Below, one piece after another: positions 1 through 13,139 of a stretch of 64,000 nt of DNA. Every line of letters begins with the position of its first letter. Position 1 is the first letter of the stretch. This DNA comes from Squalus acanthias. Lineage: Eukaryota. Position numbers and translations under genes: made by a program. Under the pieces are notes generated by a model, which made no database searches, had not been told where the DNA came from, and saw nothing but the letters and a program-made list of their open reading frames with translations. The DNA lies in contig CM059431.1 in NCBI GenBank assembly GCA_030390025.1, forward strand, positions 106,766,001 through 106,830,000, read 5' to 3'.

Positions 1-962
1 GGTGTGACGGGGCGGGTGTGACGGGGCGGGGGTGATGGCGCTGGTGTGATGGGACGGGTGTGATGGGACGGGTGTGAAGGGACGGGTGTGACTGGGCAGG
101 TGTGACGGGGCGGGTGTGATGGGACGGGTGTGACGGGGCGGGTGTGACGGGGCGGGGGTGATGGGGCGGGTGTGACTGGGCAGGTGTGACGGGGCGGGTA
201 TGACGGGATGGGGGTGATGGCGCTGGTGTGATGGGACAGGTGTGATGGGACGGGTGTGATGTGGCGGGTGTGACTGGGTAGGTGTGACGGGGCGGGTATG
301 ATGGGACAGGTGTGAGGGGGCGGGTGTGACGGGGCGGGTGTGACGGGTCGGGTGTGATGGGACGGGTGTGATGTGGCGGTGTGACGAGGCGGTGTGATGG
401 GTCGGGTGTGATGGGTCGGGTGTGATGTGGCGGTGTGAAGAGGCGGTGTGAATGGTCGGGTGTGACGGGACGGGTGTGATGGGACGGGTGTGACTGGGCA
501 GGTGTGACGGGGCGGGTGTGACGGGACGGGTGTGACGGGGCGGGTGTGACTGGGCAGGTGTGACGGGGCGGGTGTGGCGGGACGGATGTGACGGGGCAGG
601 TGTGACGGGACGGGTGTGACGGGACGGGTGTGACGGGGCGGGTGTGACGGGGCGGGTGTGACGGGGCGGGTGTGACGGGGCGGGTGTGATGGGGCGGGTG
701 TGACGGGGCGGGTGTGACGGGGCGGGTGTGAAGGGACGGGCGTGACGGGGCGGGTGTGACGGGGCGGGTGTGACGGGGCGGGTGTGACGGGACGGGTGTG
801 ACGGGACGGGTGTGACGGGGCGGGTGTGACGGGGCGGGTGTGACGGGGCGGGTGTGATGGGACGGGTGTGACGGGGCGGGTGTGATGGGACGGGTGTGAT
901 GTGGCGGTGTGAAGAGGCGGTGTGATGGGACGGGTGTGAAGAGGCGGTGTGAAGAGGCGGTG
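1..962. repeat. G-rich minisatellite, ~15-bp unit GGGCGGGTGTGACGG (continues off the left edge)
   Basis: Roughly 60 tandem copies with variants (GGGAC/GGGGC, GAC/GAT), read directly. Confidence 0.97.
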
Positions 963-2818
963 TGATATGATGGAACATATAGCCCACTTGTGTGCTTTTC
1001 TTTCGAAAAAAAGTCTGTGTCCTTCCCAACTACAGCTTGTAAAAGCCATGCTCATGTTTATTAAGGTACCGCATTGACTTTAAGCCACGGATACCCTTTT
1101 TGACAGCAATCATTTGAAATTACAAATATACCCATTCCACAACCTCCACGATCGCAAAGATTAAGGCCCGGACAAATTCCGTACTCAATCACAGTTATTT
1201 ACTCAAGTTCTTGTGTCTCGCCCTGTATCTCCCTTCCATCAAATCACACAGGGGGATTATTCTCTGTAAAGAAAACTTAATAGCAAATGAAAGATAAAAA
1301 GTGACATTGGTATAGTGACGAGGTGCAAACAATCGATTGCCCAAACCTTGCCATGTAGCCGTGCATGAGGTTACAGGCTTCAGCCCTGTCCTGTATCGAT
1401 CTGCTAATACTTTATTGTTTGCCTGCCGTGTCCTGCCAACTAATCTCATTTTACTTAATTTTGTGGTCTGGAATTCTCATTTTCTCTCGGCCAATTTTCT
1501 CTGGGACCTATTAAATCTCACTTTGTTGTGCAAACGGGCTTTGGAAATTAAGCTCGTCCGAAGCTCTTTCCAGTGCAAAGCAAATCTCTTTCGGTCTCTG
1601 GCAGCTTGTGCGTCAAGTGGTTTTGCATGCGGATAAGGGCGCCGTTGAAACAGCAGGTGCCATCAATCACCGTGACTTTTTGACGCACGCCATTTCACCT
1701 CTACCTGCATGAAGGACTGGCGAGATGGCAAAACAGCGGCCCTTGAGTGACGCGAGTCCTTTGCATCCAGCCCACCTCGGCGGTCCAGCTACACAGAAGC
1801 CAGCGAGGGGGTGGGGGGGGGTGCGTGGTACCAGGTCGCCATCAAGATATCAGGAGTGATTTATTTCCCCACCGCACCCCCACCTCTCCTGTTCCTCTGT
1901 AAGCACCAAGGGGCAAAGCAAAGCCTGCGTTCTTAAAAGGTTTTCACATGAATAACCACAGTGGGGCTCTTTAAAAAAAACAGTTCGCTGAGAGATGCCA
2001 CTAGTCGGCACGGTTTGTCAAGAGTAATTTGCTGATGTTACAGAATCAGGACGAATGTATCAGGTGGGCCCTGCTATGCAGTTTACTCTCGTGACAGGGT
2101 AGCACCAGGGGCAGGTACAACTTTAAAACTTCCATTAAAGGTAATTGAACCAAATCACAGCAGTGGATATGAAATCTTGATAAAAGCGGCATGACAAAGA
2201 GAATGATACAAGTAGCAGGAAGGCTGTAACAATTAGCTGACAAATCTGCTAATAAAAGAAACGTTTAATTAATGCACTGCACTACACATTCACGGTGATT
2301 GAATTATGATACTAATGGGCACTCTTCACAGTTAGAACTGTAATATTCAGGCAGGCAGATTCTCATTTTGCACTCATGTTTTTGAGCGTGCACAGTGGAA
2401 TTGAAACCCTCCCACTGACTACAGAAAGAATTTTAATTTTTGTTCCCTCTGCCCTCCACCACCCCCCGCCCCCACCTCCACCCCCCCCAATCCCACCACA
2501 CACAATTTTGAACTTCCTTCTTTCTAATCAGTAAACTTTTTTGTGCTTGTTCTGTTCAGCAGGCTGGAGGGAGGTGCTGGACAGTTAACTCCGCAGATCA
2601 CCCTGGAACCCGGAAGGAGCTGAAATGAGGTGGTGGTCTGCCCAAGGATGGATTCAGGAGAACTGAACTACCAGCATGCCTACGGAAGAGGGAGAAAGTG
2701 ATGGGGCTGATCAAGCATGTGGTTATAGCGAGCAGCTGGAAATGTCATTGTCTCCTGTTGCAAAAGTCTGGACATTCCAGCAGCTGCTTACACTTTGAGG
2801 AGGGGGGGGGAGGGCGGT

Positions 2819-4219
2819 GGGGTAGAGTTTCCGTTAGTTTTGCTCCCAGATTCCAGCACAATCAGCCGAACCAGCGGAAAAGATTGGGGAATTTGAAAAC
2901 GTAAGTGAGTCGCACCAAAAATCACTCGCGTTCCTGTTTTCCACGATCTTTTACTCCGGTTCAGGATTCAATTCACCCTAATCAGACCCCACCCACAAGA
3001 CTGGCCACACCCCCCCAGGTCGACATTGCGGGATTCTGACGATTACGCTGGTTCAGAAAGGCTCTTCAAATCGCGCTCATTTTCTTAGATGCACAGGCAT
3101 TAATAGGCATGTTTTTTCATATAAAAAAATATTTAATTTACTAAGAAACTGACTAGTGCAAGGATTAGTTATGACTTTCACACCTCCCACGTTAGGCATT
3201 AGAGTGGGGTTCATGGACCTGAATCCACTTCAACAGAAACACACACACACACACGCTGTCTCTCTCACAGAGATCTTTTATTTAACCACGAGCACATGGA
3301 TTAAATAAGAAATGCAACTAGACCTGTCCTGGAGTCTTCAAGTGCCCGGTGGCCAAAATGACGATCAACCAGAGTCTGTTGAAATCTTTAGACGCCTTCT
3401 CTTCATTAGACCAGGACACGTTTGTCCTCGCCGACTGCAGTAAAAAAAAATACGTGTTGTGTTGATTCTTATATTCTTTGTGTTCAGACTCCTCTCGTGG
3501 CACATCTTAATGATTGGTAACTTCAAGCATGGCTTTTCTCCTTGTTGTTCATAGTTGGCTCAAAACTTAGTGGGGTTACTACATCATGCGTGTCACCTGC
3601 TGCAGTTTAATGAGGGTCTTATCTCAAGACCGTGCTGGTCGGTTCCACTGGTCCCACAGCAACTCCAGATTTGTCCTTGTGTCTGAGTAATAATGCCTGT
3701 TAAAAAAATGTTCCTCCCTATTCCTGTTTATCAACTTGCATTTCGATGTGGTATAGCCATCATTAAAATTCTCTTTTGTATTAAAGTTCTTCTTGGTGTT
3801 AGTGATGTTTAAAACTAAGTTTCCTTTACCAGTGTACACCCAAGCAACTATTAAATGTTTCAGTATAGTTTTTTATGTCATCTTCAGTGATTTTTAACTC
3901 CAGTTACTCACAGGCGGAGGACTGGGCACCCTGCTTAAAAATGCTTATTTTTTGGTGATAAAGCCATTTTCAGCTGTAATAATAAAACCTGCACTAGGTT
4001 ACCGCTCTTAACTACATCAAGGAATACTTTTTAATGGAAAGAAAAAATAAACCATTACGTTCCATTACACTGTCCAATGGTGCTGGTTCATGGAGGATTT
4101 TACGTTTGTGATTATGCAAATGAATTTTAGCGGAAACTTGACACCTAACCGAACCGCACAATTCCAAGCGCATTTTGGGCGCAATTTCCCGATTGAGCCA
4201 AAAGCGGAAACTCTACCCC
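2819..4219. mobile_element. Non-autonomous DNA transposon (MITE, Harbinger-like ends)
   Basis: Perfect 15-bp TIR GGGGTAGAGTTTCCG (2819) / CGGAAACTCTACCCC (4205-4219); subterminal regions resemble the copy at 47129-49030. Confidence 0.8.
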
Positions 4220-4975
4220 CGTGTCTATAACATAAAAAGTGGCTGAGATGTAGCTTTATCTTCACTCCCTTTTGGATTGGCACCTCTGGGCTCCAAAGCG
4301 AATCACAAATTAACAATGAAGCTCAATTTTAATACAAAAATAAATAGGCTTTTAGTTAATTTTCAGATTAAAATGGTAACCTATAGAATCATAGGCTTGA
4401 TTTTAACTCCTCCTATCTGGTGGAAACCAGGCCGGGGGTGGGGGGGTGCAGTTAAAATGGAATGGGAGACTTACCCACTCCTGTCCCGATCTGATCTATC
4501 TGACTGCAATTTTGAATCGCAGACGGCAAGGACACTGCCCCTGAGTCGGGGTGGGTTCTCTTTAAATATGCAGATCGGGCTCCCATGACATCATCGGAGC
4601 GCGAGCAGCCATTTTAACCTGTGGCCTGCGCAGGGGGAGCAGTGACAGCGTCCTCGACATGCCAGACCTTCCGGGTACAGATGCCAGGGTCCAGCAAGAC
4701 AAGTTTTCATCGTTAATTTTAGTTTCCTCATGCACCAAGAGGAGCAGGAGTGCTCCACCAAGCCTCACAAGGCAACCTTGCACCTCTCCTAGCCTGGGCA
4801 TCATCCCCATCCCCTCCCGCACCCGGGATTCTCCTCCCAGAGCACTTATTTTGTGCCGGGGGCCGTCCGCCTATCTCCCCTAGCGACGGCTTCTGCCGCC
4901 CAACAGTTTGATAGAAGAAAATTGGGCAGGGTGTAAAGCAGGCTGACGATTCACTATCGCCCATTTTTGCACTAG

Positions 4976-5457
4976 ATTGATCCCTGGGATGAGAGGGTTG
5001 TCCTATGAGGAGAGATTGAGTAGAATAGGCCTATACTCTCTGGAGTTTAGAAGAATGAGAGGTGATCTCATTGAAACATATAAGATTCTGAAGGGGATTG
5101 ACAAGGTAGGTGCTGAGAGGTTGTTTCCCTGGCTGGAGAGTCTAGAACCAGGGGGCATAATCTCAGGATAAGGGGTCGGCCATTTAAGACTGAGATGAGG
5201 AGAAATTTCTTCACTCAGAGGGTTGCAAATCTTTGGAATTCTCTACCTCAGAGGGCTATGGAGGCTCAGTCGTTGAGTATATTCAAGACTGATATCGATA
5301 GATTTTTGAATTCGAAGGGAATCAAGGGATATGGGGATCGGGCGGGAAAGTAGAGTTGAGGTCGAAGATCAGCCATGATCTCATTAAATGGCGGAGCAGG
5401 CTCGAGGGGCCGAATGGCCTACTCCTGCTCCTAATTCTTATGTTCTTATGTCTTATG
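4976..5457 (+). mobile_element. CR1 LINE 3' fragment
   Basis: Encodes IPGMRGLSYEERL...LEFRRMRGDLIETYKI, matching the ORF2 C-terminus at 35848-38715; CR1 3' UTR and TTCTTATG tail repeats. Confidence 0.92.
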
Positions 5458-6039
5458 CTAACGCCAAAAAACAATGTCGCCACCCCGAAATTTCTAACGT
5501 AGTGTTTCACTTGTCACACAAGTACCTTTCTGTATTCTGCACAGTATATCAAGTCACTGCAGCAACACATCACATTACAGAGCGATGAGGATTTCCACAT
5601 CTTCCATGAGGTTAGTAAAAGTTGTGTTGAAGTCAATTTAGAACAATTATCAGTGCATCTTTACTTAAACCAGCAGTAAATGTTTGGAATAACTCTACCA
5701 AGCATATAATAGGGGCAAAAACACGAGTTATTCAAAATACAATGAGACGGCATAATGAGGGAGATAATGTGCTAGATGGATGAGCTTTGATGGTCAGTAT
5801 AGCCTTTTCTCATCCTTGACTTCACTTATATACTTCATCACAGATGTGGTGACTGAATTCCAGAGTCAGACTGCCCGGGGGCACAAATTTCCTTCAGAAT
5901 TTTCTGAATGTACTGACTCATGCCAGGGAATTTATCTGCCAGTTCTGGCCTTTCACGGCCTCCGAACTTAAGTCTCTCATTCTGCCGACCCACCCCTTGC
6001 ATCTCATTATTGTGGGCAAACGCTTGTGGAAGACATATA

Positions 6040-6323
6040 GGCCCCGATATTAACTGGTCCCCACCTGGCAGAAACCGGTCCTCACGGGTCCCTGGCTGCG
6101 GCCTCCTGTCGCCTACTTCCGCTCCCGCCCTCCGGCATGGCCGGCAATCTGCCCGGCAATCAGGCGGGAGTCTGCAGCATGTTATTTAGATGAAGCCCCC
6201 CCCCCCACCCCACCCCCCAGCCCGTTAAATCGACGGGGCCTCCATGTCCCCGGCCTTGCCTGATTTCCCCTGCACTACCACTCTCCGCCATATCCTCCCC
6301 GCCTCCCAATTAATATCGGGGCC
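6040..6323. mobile_element. Short MITE
   Basis: Perfect 14-bp TIR GGCCCCGATATTAA / TTAATATCGGGGCC. Confidence 0.8.
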
Positions 6324-7461
6324 TAATACGCTTTGCTGCATTTCATCTTCCATCTTAAAGGACTGCAATTTAAAATGCCACAAGAGTCAAAACGCTCACC
6401 CAAACATTTTGTCAGTATCTGTCATGTTGAAGAAAAAGGTTTAGTGGGCACTTAATGAAGCAGAAAGATTATAAGCCGTCAGTAAATTTCCTGCAAAGTG
6501 ACATCTCGGTTCTATAGAAAATGATAGGATTTTATGTACCATTTTACATGAAATCTGACTCTCTCTGACCCTAGATGTGTACCACAGCTTACTTTTAATG
6601 TACTTCACATAGATAAAAATTATGCAAAAAAATGATGGGGTCACAAGGATCACATTAAGTTAATGACAGCACATTAAGATCTAATCGGCTTAAGTAGTAA
6701 ATGTTGTACTACAAGGAGGAAATGTGTCTATATAATAAATCAAAGAAACAATCTACGCTGGTTTATGTGTCCTTGACTTATGTCCCACCAGACATATGAA
6801 GTGTTGTGTGCAACTTATATTTTAGTAGGGATTATACAAAGATTTCAGGCTCGGACTTTAACTCAGAGCTTGTACTCACTGTTTGTATGTAAGTTCTGTT
6901 ACTTTAATATTGCTGAATGTTGAACTGCTGCTGCTAGTCCTTCAAAGGCAGTACCCCACACCTCCGAAATAACAGTGCACATTAACTTCAAAGCCAAGGT
7001 GTCACATAAGACTGTGTTTCTGTATCACAGCAGACAACCAGATGATACATGCCTTACAATGAAATTGGAAACAATGGAACCTGATGGAACTAGCAGGAGG
7101 AAGTATATGTAACATTTTGCTGATACTGAATTAATGTGGGTTGCAGTTAAGTGCGTACAAATTAGCAGAGGCAGTTGAACCACTGGTGGGCATCAAACCA
7201 AAGTAATGATGATCGGAGAAATGCTTTGCCATATGACAACTGCATTTAAAAATAAAGTGCATTAGAGTGAAGTCCAACATGCAACTCTGCATATTTGCTC
7301 ATCAAGTTGACTGGGTTTTGAATTTACAAAAGTAGAAATTCCATTGGAAAATGGGTCAGTATTTTCAATTTTGAAAGCATGCGGTTTATGTAGGGTGAAT
7401 GGGGGACTATCACGCCTATATTTTTTTGAATATCAGTAGTGCTGCCGAATTATGCATATAC

Positions 7462-7880
7462 AACCACAACAACTTGCATTTATACAGCGCTTTTAACGTA
7501 GTAAAATGTCTCAAGGTGCTTCACAGGAGCGTTATCAGACAAAATTTGGCACCAAGCCTCGTAATGAGATATTAGCACAGGTGACCAAAAGCTTGGCCAA
7601 AGAGTTAAGCTTTAAGGAGCGTCTTAAAGGAGGAGAGAGAGGTGGAGAGGGGGAGAGGTTTAGGGAGGGAATTCCAGAGCTTAGGGCCCAGGCAGTTGAA
7701 GGCACAGCCGCCAATGGTGGAGCGATGTAAATTGGGAATGCGCAAGAGGTCAGAATTGGAGGAGAGCAGAGATCTTTGATGTTTGTAGGGCTGGAGGAGG
7801 TTACAGAGTAGGAAGGAGCGAGACTATGGAGGGATTTGAAAATGAGGCTCAGAATTTTAAAATTGAGGCATTGCCGGACG
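7462..7880 (-). mobile_element. L2-type LINE 3' fragment
   Basis: FKILSLIFKSLHSLAP... peptide; tail GCGCTGTATAAATGCAAGTTGTTG shared with other copies in the window. Confidence 0.85.
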
Positions 7881-7890
7881 ACTGTACATT

Positions 7891-8212
7891 TAAAAAGAAA
7901 GAACTTGCATTTACATAGCACCTTTCACGACCTCAGGATGTCCCAAAGCGCCTCACAGTGACTGAAGTCCTTTTGAAGCGTAGTCACAGTTGTAATGCAG
8001 GAAACGCGGCAGCCAATTTGCGCACAGCAAGCTCCCACAAACAGCAATGAGATAATGACCAGATAATCTGTTTTAGTGATGCTGATTGAGGGATATATAT
8101 TGGCCCAGGACACCGGGGATAACTCCCCTGCTCTTCTTCGAAGAGTGCCATGGGATCTTTTACGTCCACCTGTGAGGGTGGACGGGGCCTCGGTTTAGTG
8201 TCTCATCCGAAT
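7891..8212 (-). mobile_element. Deu-domain SINE (SacSINE1/AmnSINE-like), 5' truncated
   Basis: Reverse complement matches the body and tail of the full copy at 51551-52024. Confidence 0.85.
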
Positions 8213-8831
8213 GAGCTTCTTTCGAGTTTGGATCACGTGCTCCTGCATGGATTGAGCAGCAAGTTAAAACCAGCCACACTGAAGAGATTGTGGCTGTCCA
8301 GTTTATTAGCTCATTTTATAGGCAGGCTTTGGTTTGAGTCTAAACCAAACGGATGGGTTGAAAGCATTTCTCTCTCACTCAGCTTTAAGAGTCCCATGTG
8401 AAATAATTGGATGATCTCAACCCAGTTCCTAATGAAAGTGAGTGTGTAGCATATAATTTGGCACTAATTGACACCACATTGCAACCTCAGTTAAGACAGA
8501 TCACACACCTGTTGCGTGTCGGAGTGAAAATGTCGCTCTGTTGAAGAAGAGAATAAAGAGCTGATCTTCTGAAGATGAGGTTAAGATTTGTAGGGGTAGA
8601 GTAAAAAAGAAATTTATTCCACATCTAAACAATGTTATACTTGAAAATGTACTGATTTATGTTGAAACTAGATACAGAAAACTGGCTCCATTTCCCGCTG
8701 TGACATCCCTCATCTTGAAAAATGCTCATAAGGAAAAAAGAGAACAAAATTACAGCCAACACATTTACCTGGTCATTCCTGGTCAAACCAAGATACCTGG
8801 TCAGCTTAACATCTGTGCACATGCAAGCAAT

Positions 8832-9632
8832 GGCCCGGATTCTGCGGTCGGGATAATGGCGAACTGGCAGCGTTCGCCGTCATTCCGCCTTTGAAACTGA
8901 CGGCAACTTCAGGATCTGGTGCAGGCGCAGGCACATGCGGAAGTCCTGAAGTTGCGGTCTGTCATTCGCTGCTCCTCCACAGGCTGCGCGGGGCCACCCG
9001 CCCCCTCCCCCGCCCCTGCTCCCACCCTGAGCCGGCAATCAGTGAAATCACTCAAAGCAGGGAAACTAATGAAAACGTTGGCTTTTCCGTGGGACTATCA
9101 CTGTAAAATGCCCCACTAAAAATTAGACCCAAAGGGATTAGAAGTAACTGGGGTTTTAACAGCGTATTGACTGCTAAACAGAGGTTAAGGGCCTGAAAAA
9201 CTTATTTTAATTTTGTGGAGTGTGAAATTTGTCCATTTTAATAAAAAATTAAAACATTTTAAGAAAACTTTTTAAAAATTAATTTCTTTTTTAAAGTTTG
9301 TGATCTTTATTTCAGGTTTGCCTTTTCCCCGTGTGAGAGCACCAATCTTTGTTTTGCTCTCTCTAACATTTTTAAAAAGTTGGAATTTTAAGAGCTTACC
9401 CACTTCCTGGTTCGCTGTCTGTGAGAATTCTGTGTTTTGATTGGCTGCTCAGACAGCCTGTTGACGTGACGGCAGCTCGCACTAGGGGATCCCCACTGTA
9501 CTTCATTGATTTGAATTGAATGTCAGAAAACATGAAATTCTCGACACAGTGATCGCGCGATCCTTGTGCGAAGTTTCCTTCAGGGCCAGCGGAGAACGCC
9601 TTTGCTTCGCCGTTGACTGCAAATTCCGGGCC
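8832..9632. mobile_element. MITE, Harbinger-like
   Basis: TIR GGCCCGGATTCTGCGGTC / GACTGCAAATTCCGGGCC (3 mismatches); AT-rich core. Confidence 0.8.
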
Positions 9633-9880
9633 ATTATCTGCTTCTCTATTCCCCTCTTCTCAACGCTCAAAACAGCTACAGCCATTATATTACTCCCAGC
9701 TGTGACATCACCACCTTAACTGGTCCTGAACCTAAACACAATTCTCAATCTTAGTAATAATATCATCTGGACCGACACGGGACAATTCCAATTTGTGTTC
9801 ACGCAAACATTTATTTTGCTGCAGTTATATTGACGGGAGGGATTTCAATTCCCTTGGTGCCCTTCGATTGAAATTATATA

Positions 9881-10039
9881 GGGGCTCATTTTATCAGTCT
9901 CCCTCTGCCGGCAGTACATCATGGGAAGTCGGGTGGGCACTGCCTGTGATTTCCGTTGTAGTGGAAGGAAAATCATGGGTAGCGTGCCCGTGACTTTCCC
10001 AATACACACAGTTGGCGGGCAAAGTCGGAAAATCACCCC
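9881..10039. mobile_element. Short MITE
   Basis: Imperfect TIR GGGGCTCATTTT / AAAATCACCCC. Confidence 0.5.
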
Positions 10040-10089
10040 TCAAAAGTAAAAACAAGAGAGTGGGAGGTTCTTTTGGCACTACGTTCCCA

Positions 10090-10517
10090 TGATGTATTAA
10101 GGGGAAGCTAGATAAGTACATGAGGAAAAAGCTCTTTACCCAGAGAGTGCTGAGAATGTGGAACTCGCTACCACAGGGAGTCGTTGTGGCTGATAGTATA
10201 GATGTATTTAAGGGGAAGCTAGATAAACACATGAGGGAGAAGGGAATAGAGGGTTATGCTGATAGAGTTAGATGAGGAAAGACGGGAGGAGGCTCGAGTG
10301 GAGCATAAACGCCGGCATGGACTGGTTGGGCCGAATGGCCTGTTTCTGTGCCGTATATCCTATGTAAATCTATGAAGGGGAAAGGAATAGAAGGAAATGC
10401 TGATAGAATGAGATGAAAAGGGATGGGAGGAGGCTTGTGGGGAACATAAACACCGGCATAGACCAGTTGGACAGAATGGCCTGTTTCTGTTCCGTAAACT
10501 CGATGTAACTCTGTGCA
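10090..10517 (+). mobile_element. CR1 LINE 3' end with a second tandem 3' UTR copy
   Basis: FTQRVLRMWNSLPQ coding remnant followed by two copies of the ...GAATGGCCTGTTTCTGT tail. Confidence 0.8.
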
Positions 10518-10866
10518 ATGTGAATTGCACTGAGCCACAATGTAAATGTGCCTTAACTAACATCGGACCGTAATCCAAGTCAGTCGCAGAGCAAGATCTA
10601 ACTACAGGATTCAGCAAATAATCAAAAGTGATCTTTTTTTAAAATCGCTGAATGATTCTTCTTTTCACATGTGTGGCTTGGCAGTGTCTGTGATGATAAC
10701 ACATACCTGTACTTAATCTCCCTGACTGGCTTTGTGCAGTAAGTTATCTGTGTTTGGAGAGAGAGAGAGAGAAAGAAAACACATTTTATGCTGGTTTACG
10801 GCAGTGACAGCAAAAACAACTCTTCCTGATAGATGGCCTTAGTAAATCCAACAACTTTAATTTTGA

Positions 10867-10976
10867 CAATAGCAAAATACTGCGGATGCTGGAAATCAGA
10901 TAATGCTGGAAACACTCAGCATCCGTGGAGGGAGAAATAGAGTTTCTGTTCTGGTCTGTGACCCTTCGTCAGAACT
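10867..10976 (-). mobile_element. Minimal Penelope-derived element (degenerate hammerhead + 3' tail)
   Basis: Matches the PLE 3' end (21988-22087); flanked by a perfect 14-bp direct repeat AACTTTAATTTTGA (10853-10866, 10973-10986). Confidence 0.8.
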
Positions 10977-11063
10977 TTAATTTTGAGATTGCCACTCGTG
11001 AAACCCATATGTTAGGAACAAAAAACAGTACCACAGCATTGCAGCAATACAAAAACTGCTTAG

Positions 11064-11316
11064 ATGGAGGCCGTGCCTTCTGTTGCCTGGGCCCTAAGCT
11101 CTGGAATTCCCTCCCTAAACCTCTCCGCCTCTCTACCTCTCTTTCCTCCTTTAAGACGCTCCTTAAAACCTACCTCTTTGACCAAGCTTTTGGTCACCTG
11201 TCCTAATATCTCCTTATGTGGCTGGGTGTCAAATTTTTGCTTGATAATCGCTCCTGTGCAGTGGCTTCGGACGTTTTTGCTACATTAAAGGCACTATATA
11301 AATGCAAGTTGTCGCT
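11064..11316 (+). mobile_element. L2-type LINE 3' fragment
   Basis: GGRAFCCLGPKLWNSLP...FKTLLKTYLF peptide and L2 tail. Confidence 0.85.
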
Positions 11317-11485
11317 GTAGATGTACAATCTCTGAGGTTATTTTGAAACTGTGTCCCATTCTGTGAACCAATAAAAATTCTTCTTAAAAAAAAATCGCGA
11401 CTGCGTTCATTTGTTGAGAAACAAAAAGCTTGGAGTGAGACTGATGGGATATAATAGTTTAGAAAAGTTCAAGTATAAGCAGTGG

Positions 11486-12524
11486 GAATTTCCTCAGGGG
11501 TTCCCCGCCCTCACCCTCGTCAGCAGCGAGCAGGTCGGCAGAAGGTCCTCTACTAACCTGCCCCCGCGACACAGTACTACCCCCCGATTATCAAAATCCA
11601 CGACAAGGCCTTGGACAACGTGGACCACTTTCCATACCTCGGGAGCCTATTGTCAACAAGGGCAGACGTCGACGACGAAGTCCAACACCGCCTTCAGTGT
11701 GCCAGTGCAGCCTTCGGTCGCCTGAGGAAGAGAGTGTTTGAAGACCAGGACCTCAAACCCGGCACTAAGTTCATGGTCTACAGAGCAGCAGTGATACCCT
11801 CCCTGCTGTATGCCTCAGAGACATGGACCATGTAGAGCAGGCACCTCAAAGCACTGGAGAGGTACCACCAACGCTGCCTCCGCAAGATCCTGCAAATCCA
11901 TTGGCAGGATAGGCGCACCAATGTCAATGTTCTTGCTCAGGCTAACATCCCCAGCATCGAAGCTTTGACCACGCTCGATCAGCTCCGATGGATGGGTCAC
12001 ATTGTCCGCATGCCTGATACGAGACTCCCAAAACAAGCACTCTACTCGGAGCTCCAGCACGGCAAGAGAGCCCCAGGTGGGCAGAGGAAATGCTTCAAGG
12101 ACACCCTCAAAGCCTCCTTGAAAAAGTGTAACATCCCAACGACTCCTGGGAATTCCTGGCCCAAGACCGCACAAAGTAGAGGAGAAGCATCCGGGAAGGC
12201 GCCGCACACCTCAAGTCTCTTCGCCGGGAGAAAGCGGAAGCCAAGCGCAGGCAGCGCAAGGAGCGCACGTCAACCCAAGTACCCCACCCACCTGCCCCTT
12301 CAACCACCGTCTGCCCCACCTGTGACAGAGACTGTAGGTCCCGCATTGGACTCATCAGTCACCTGAGAACTCATTTTTAATGTGGAAGCAAGTCATCCTC
12401 GGTTCCGAGGGACTGCCTAAGAAGAAGAGAAGGTTGGTAGAAAGCACCCTTTGTGCCTGCATGCGGGGTTTCAGCCGATATTACACCGGATTCACAGCGG
12501 CCAAATTTCCCCCTGAGGAAATTC
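11486..12524. mobile_element. Short MITE interrupted by an RTE insertion
   Basis: Perfect 15-bp inverted repeat GAATTTCCTCAGGGG (11486-11500) / CCCCTGAGGAAATTC (12510-12524). Confidence 0.7.
11546..12430 (+). mobile_element. RTE-clade LINE, 5' truncated
   Basis: VDHFPYLGSLLS...ASAAFGRLRKRVF...QLRWMGHIVRMPDTRLPKQALYSEL...GGQRK, C-terminal CPTC zinc finger, (AAG)n tail; diverged TSD AGGTCGGCAGAAGG / AGGTTGGTAGAAAG. Confidence 0.92.
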
Positions 12525-13139
12525 ACGGTGAAGAAGTTGACGGGTGTATTTAATCTACAGGTTTAGCATCGGCGCGAAGCGGTTTTGGCTTTGCGCTGCT
12601 ACTGAACTGTTCCACTGTAAATCCAGTGGTAAGACCCGAACTGACGTGGAAGCTAAGTGAGTGAAACCCCTCCTCCAGATTCAGGCCACATTTCCATCAT
12701 ACACGCAGTGTTGGTGCAAAGCAACAATTACAGTTGTAGTATAAATGCACCCTAAGACTGCGGCATTCTATGCGAAGTAAAAGGGTACATTTATAAGCAC
12801 AAATGTAATCTCTTTTACATTTCTTGAATTATTGGTCCTTGCGCTCACTCTCTCATTCCCTTTTCCAGTTCATTTCCGTTGCAACAGGGTGTAAAATAAT
12901 TGTTGTCTGTTAACAGGTATCATGTGGTGGGATCCAAAAAAATATGTCGCATAGACGCTGGCCGTCAACATTTCAGCTCAACCTTGGGAAGATTTACACT
13001 CTTGGATTCCCTTCCCAAGACCGCTCTTCCTCTCAGTATCTCTCTCTCTTTTCCTTTGAGGTTCTCCTGAAGACCCCACCTCTTTGATCTATTATTTTGC
13101 GACTAATCTCTCCAACTTTAGCTGGGCCTTCATTATTTC

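Noticed and set aside
2563..2720. Possible coding exon after a good acceptor (TTGTTCTGTTCAGCAG)
   Set aside because: Stops in all three frames within ~65 nt and no convincing donor
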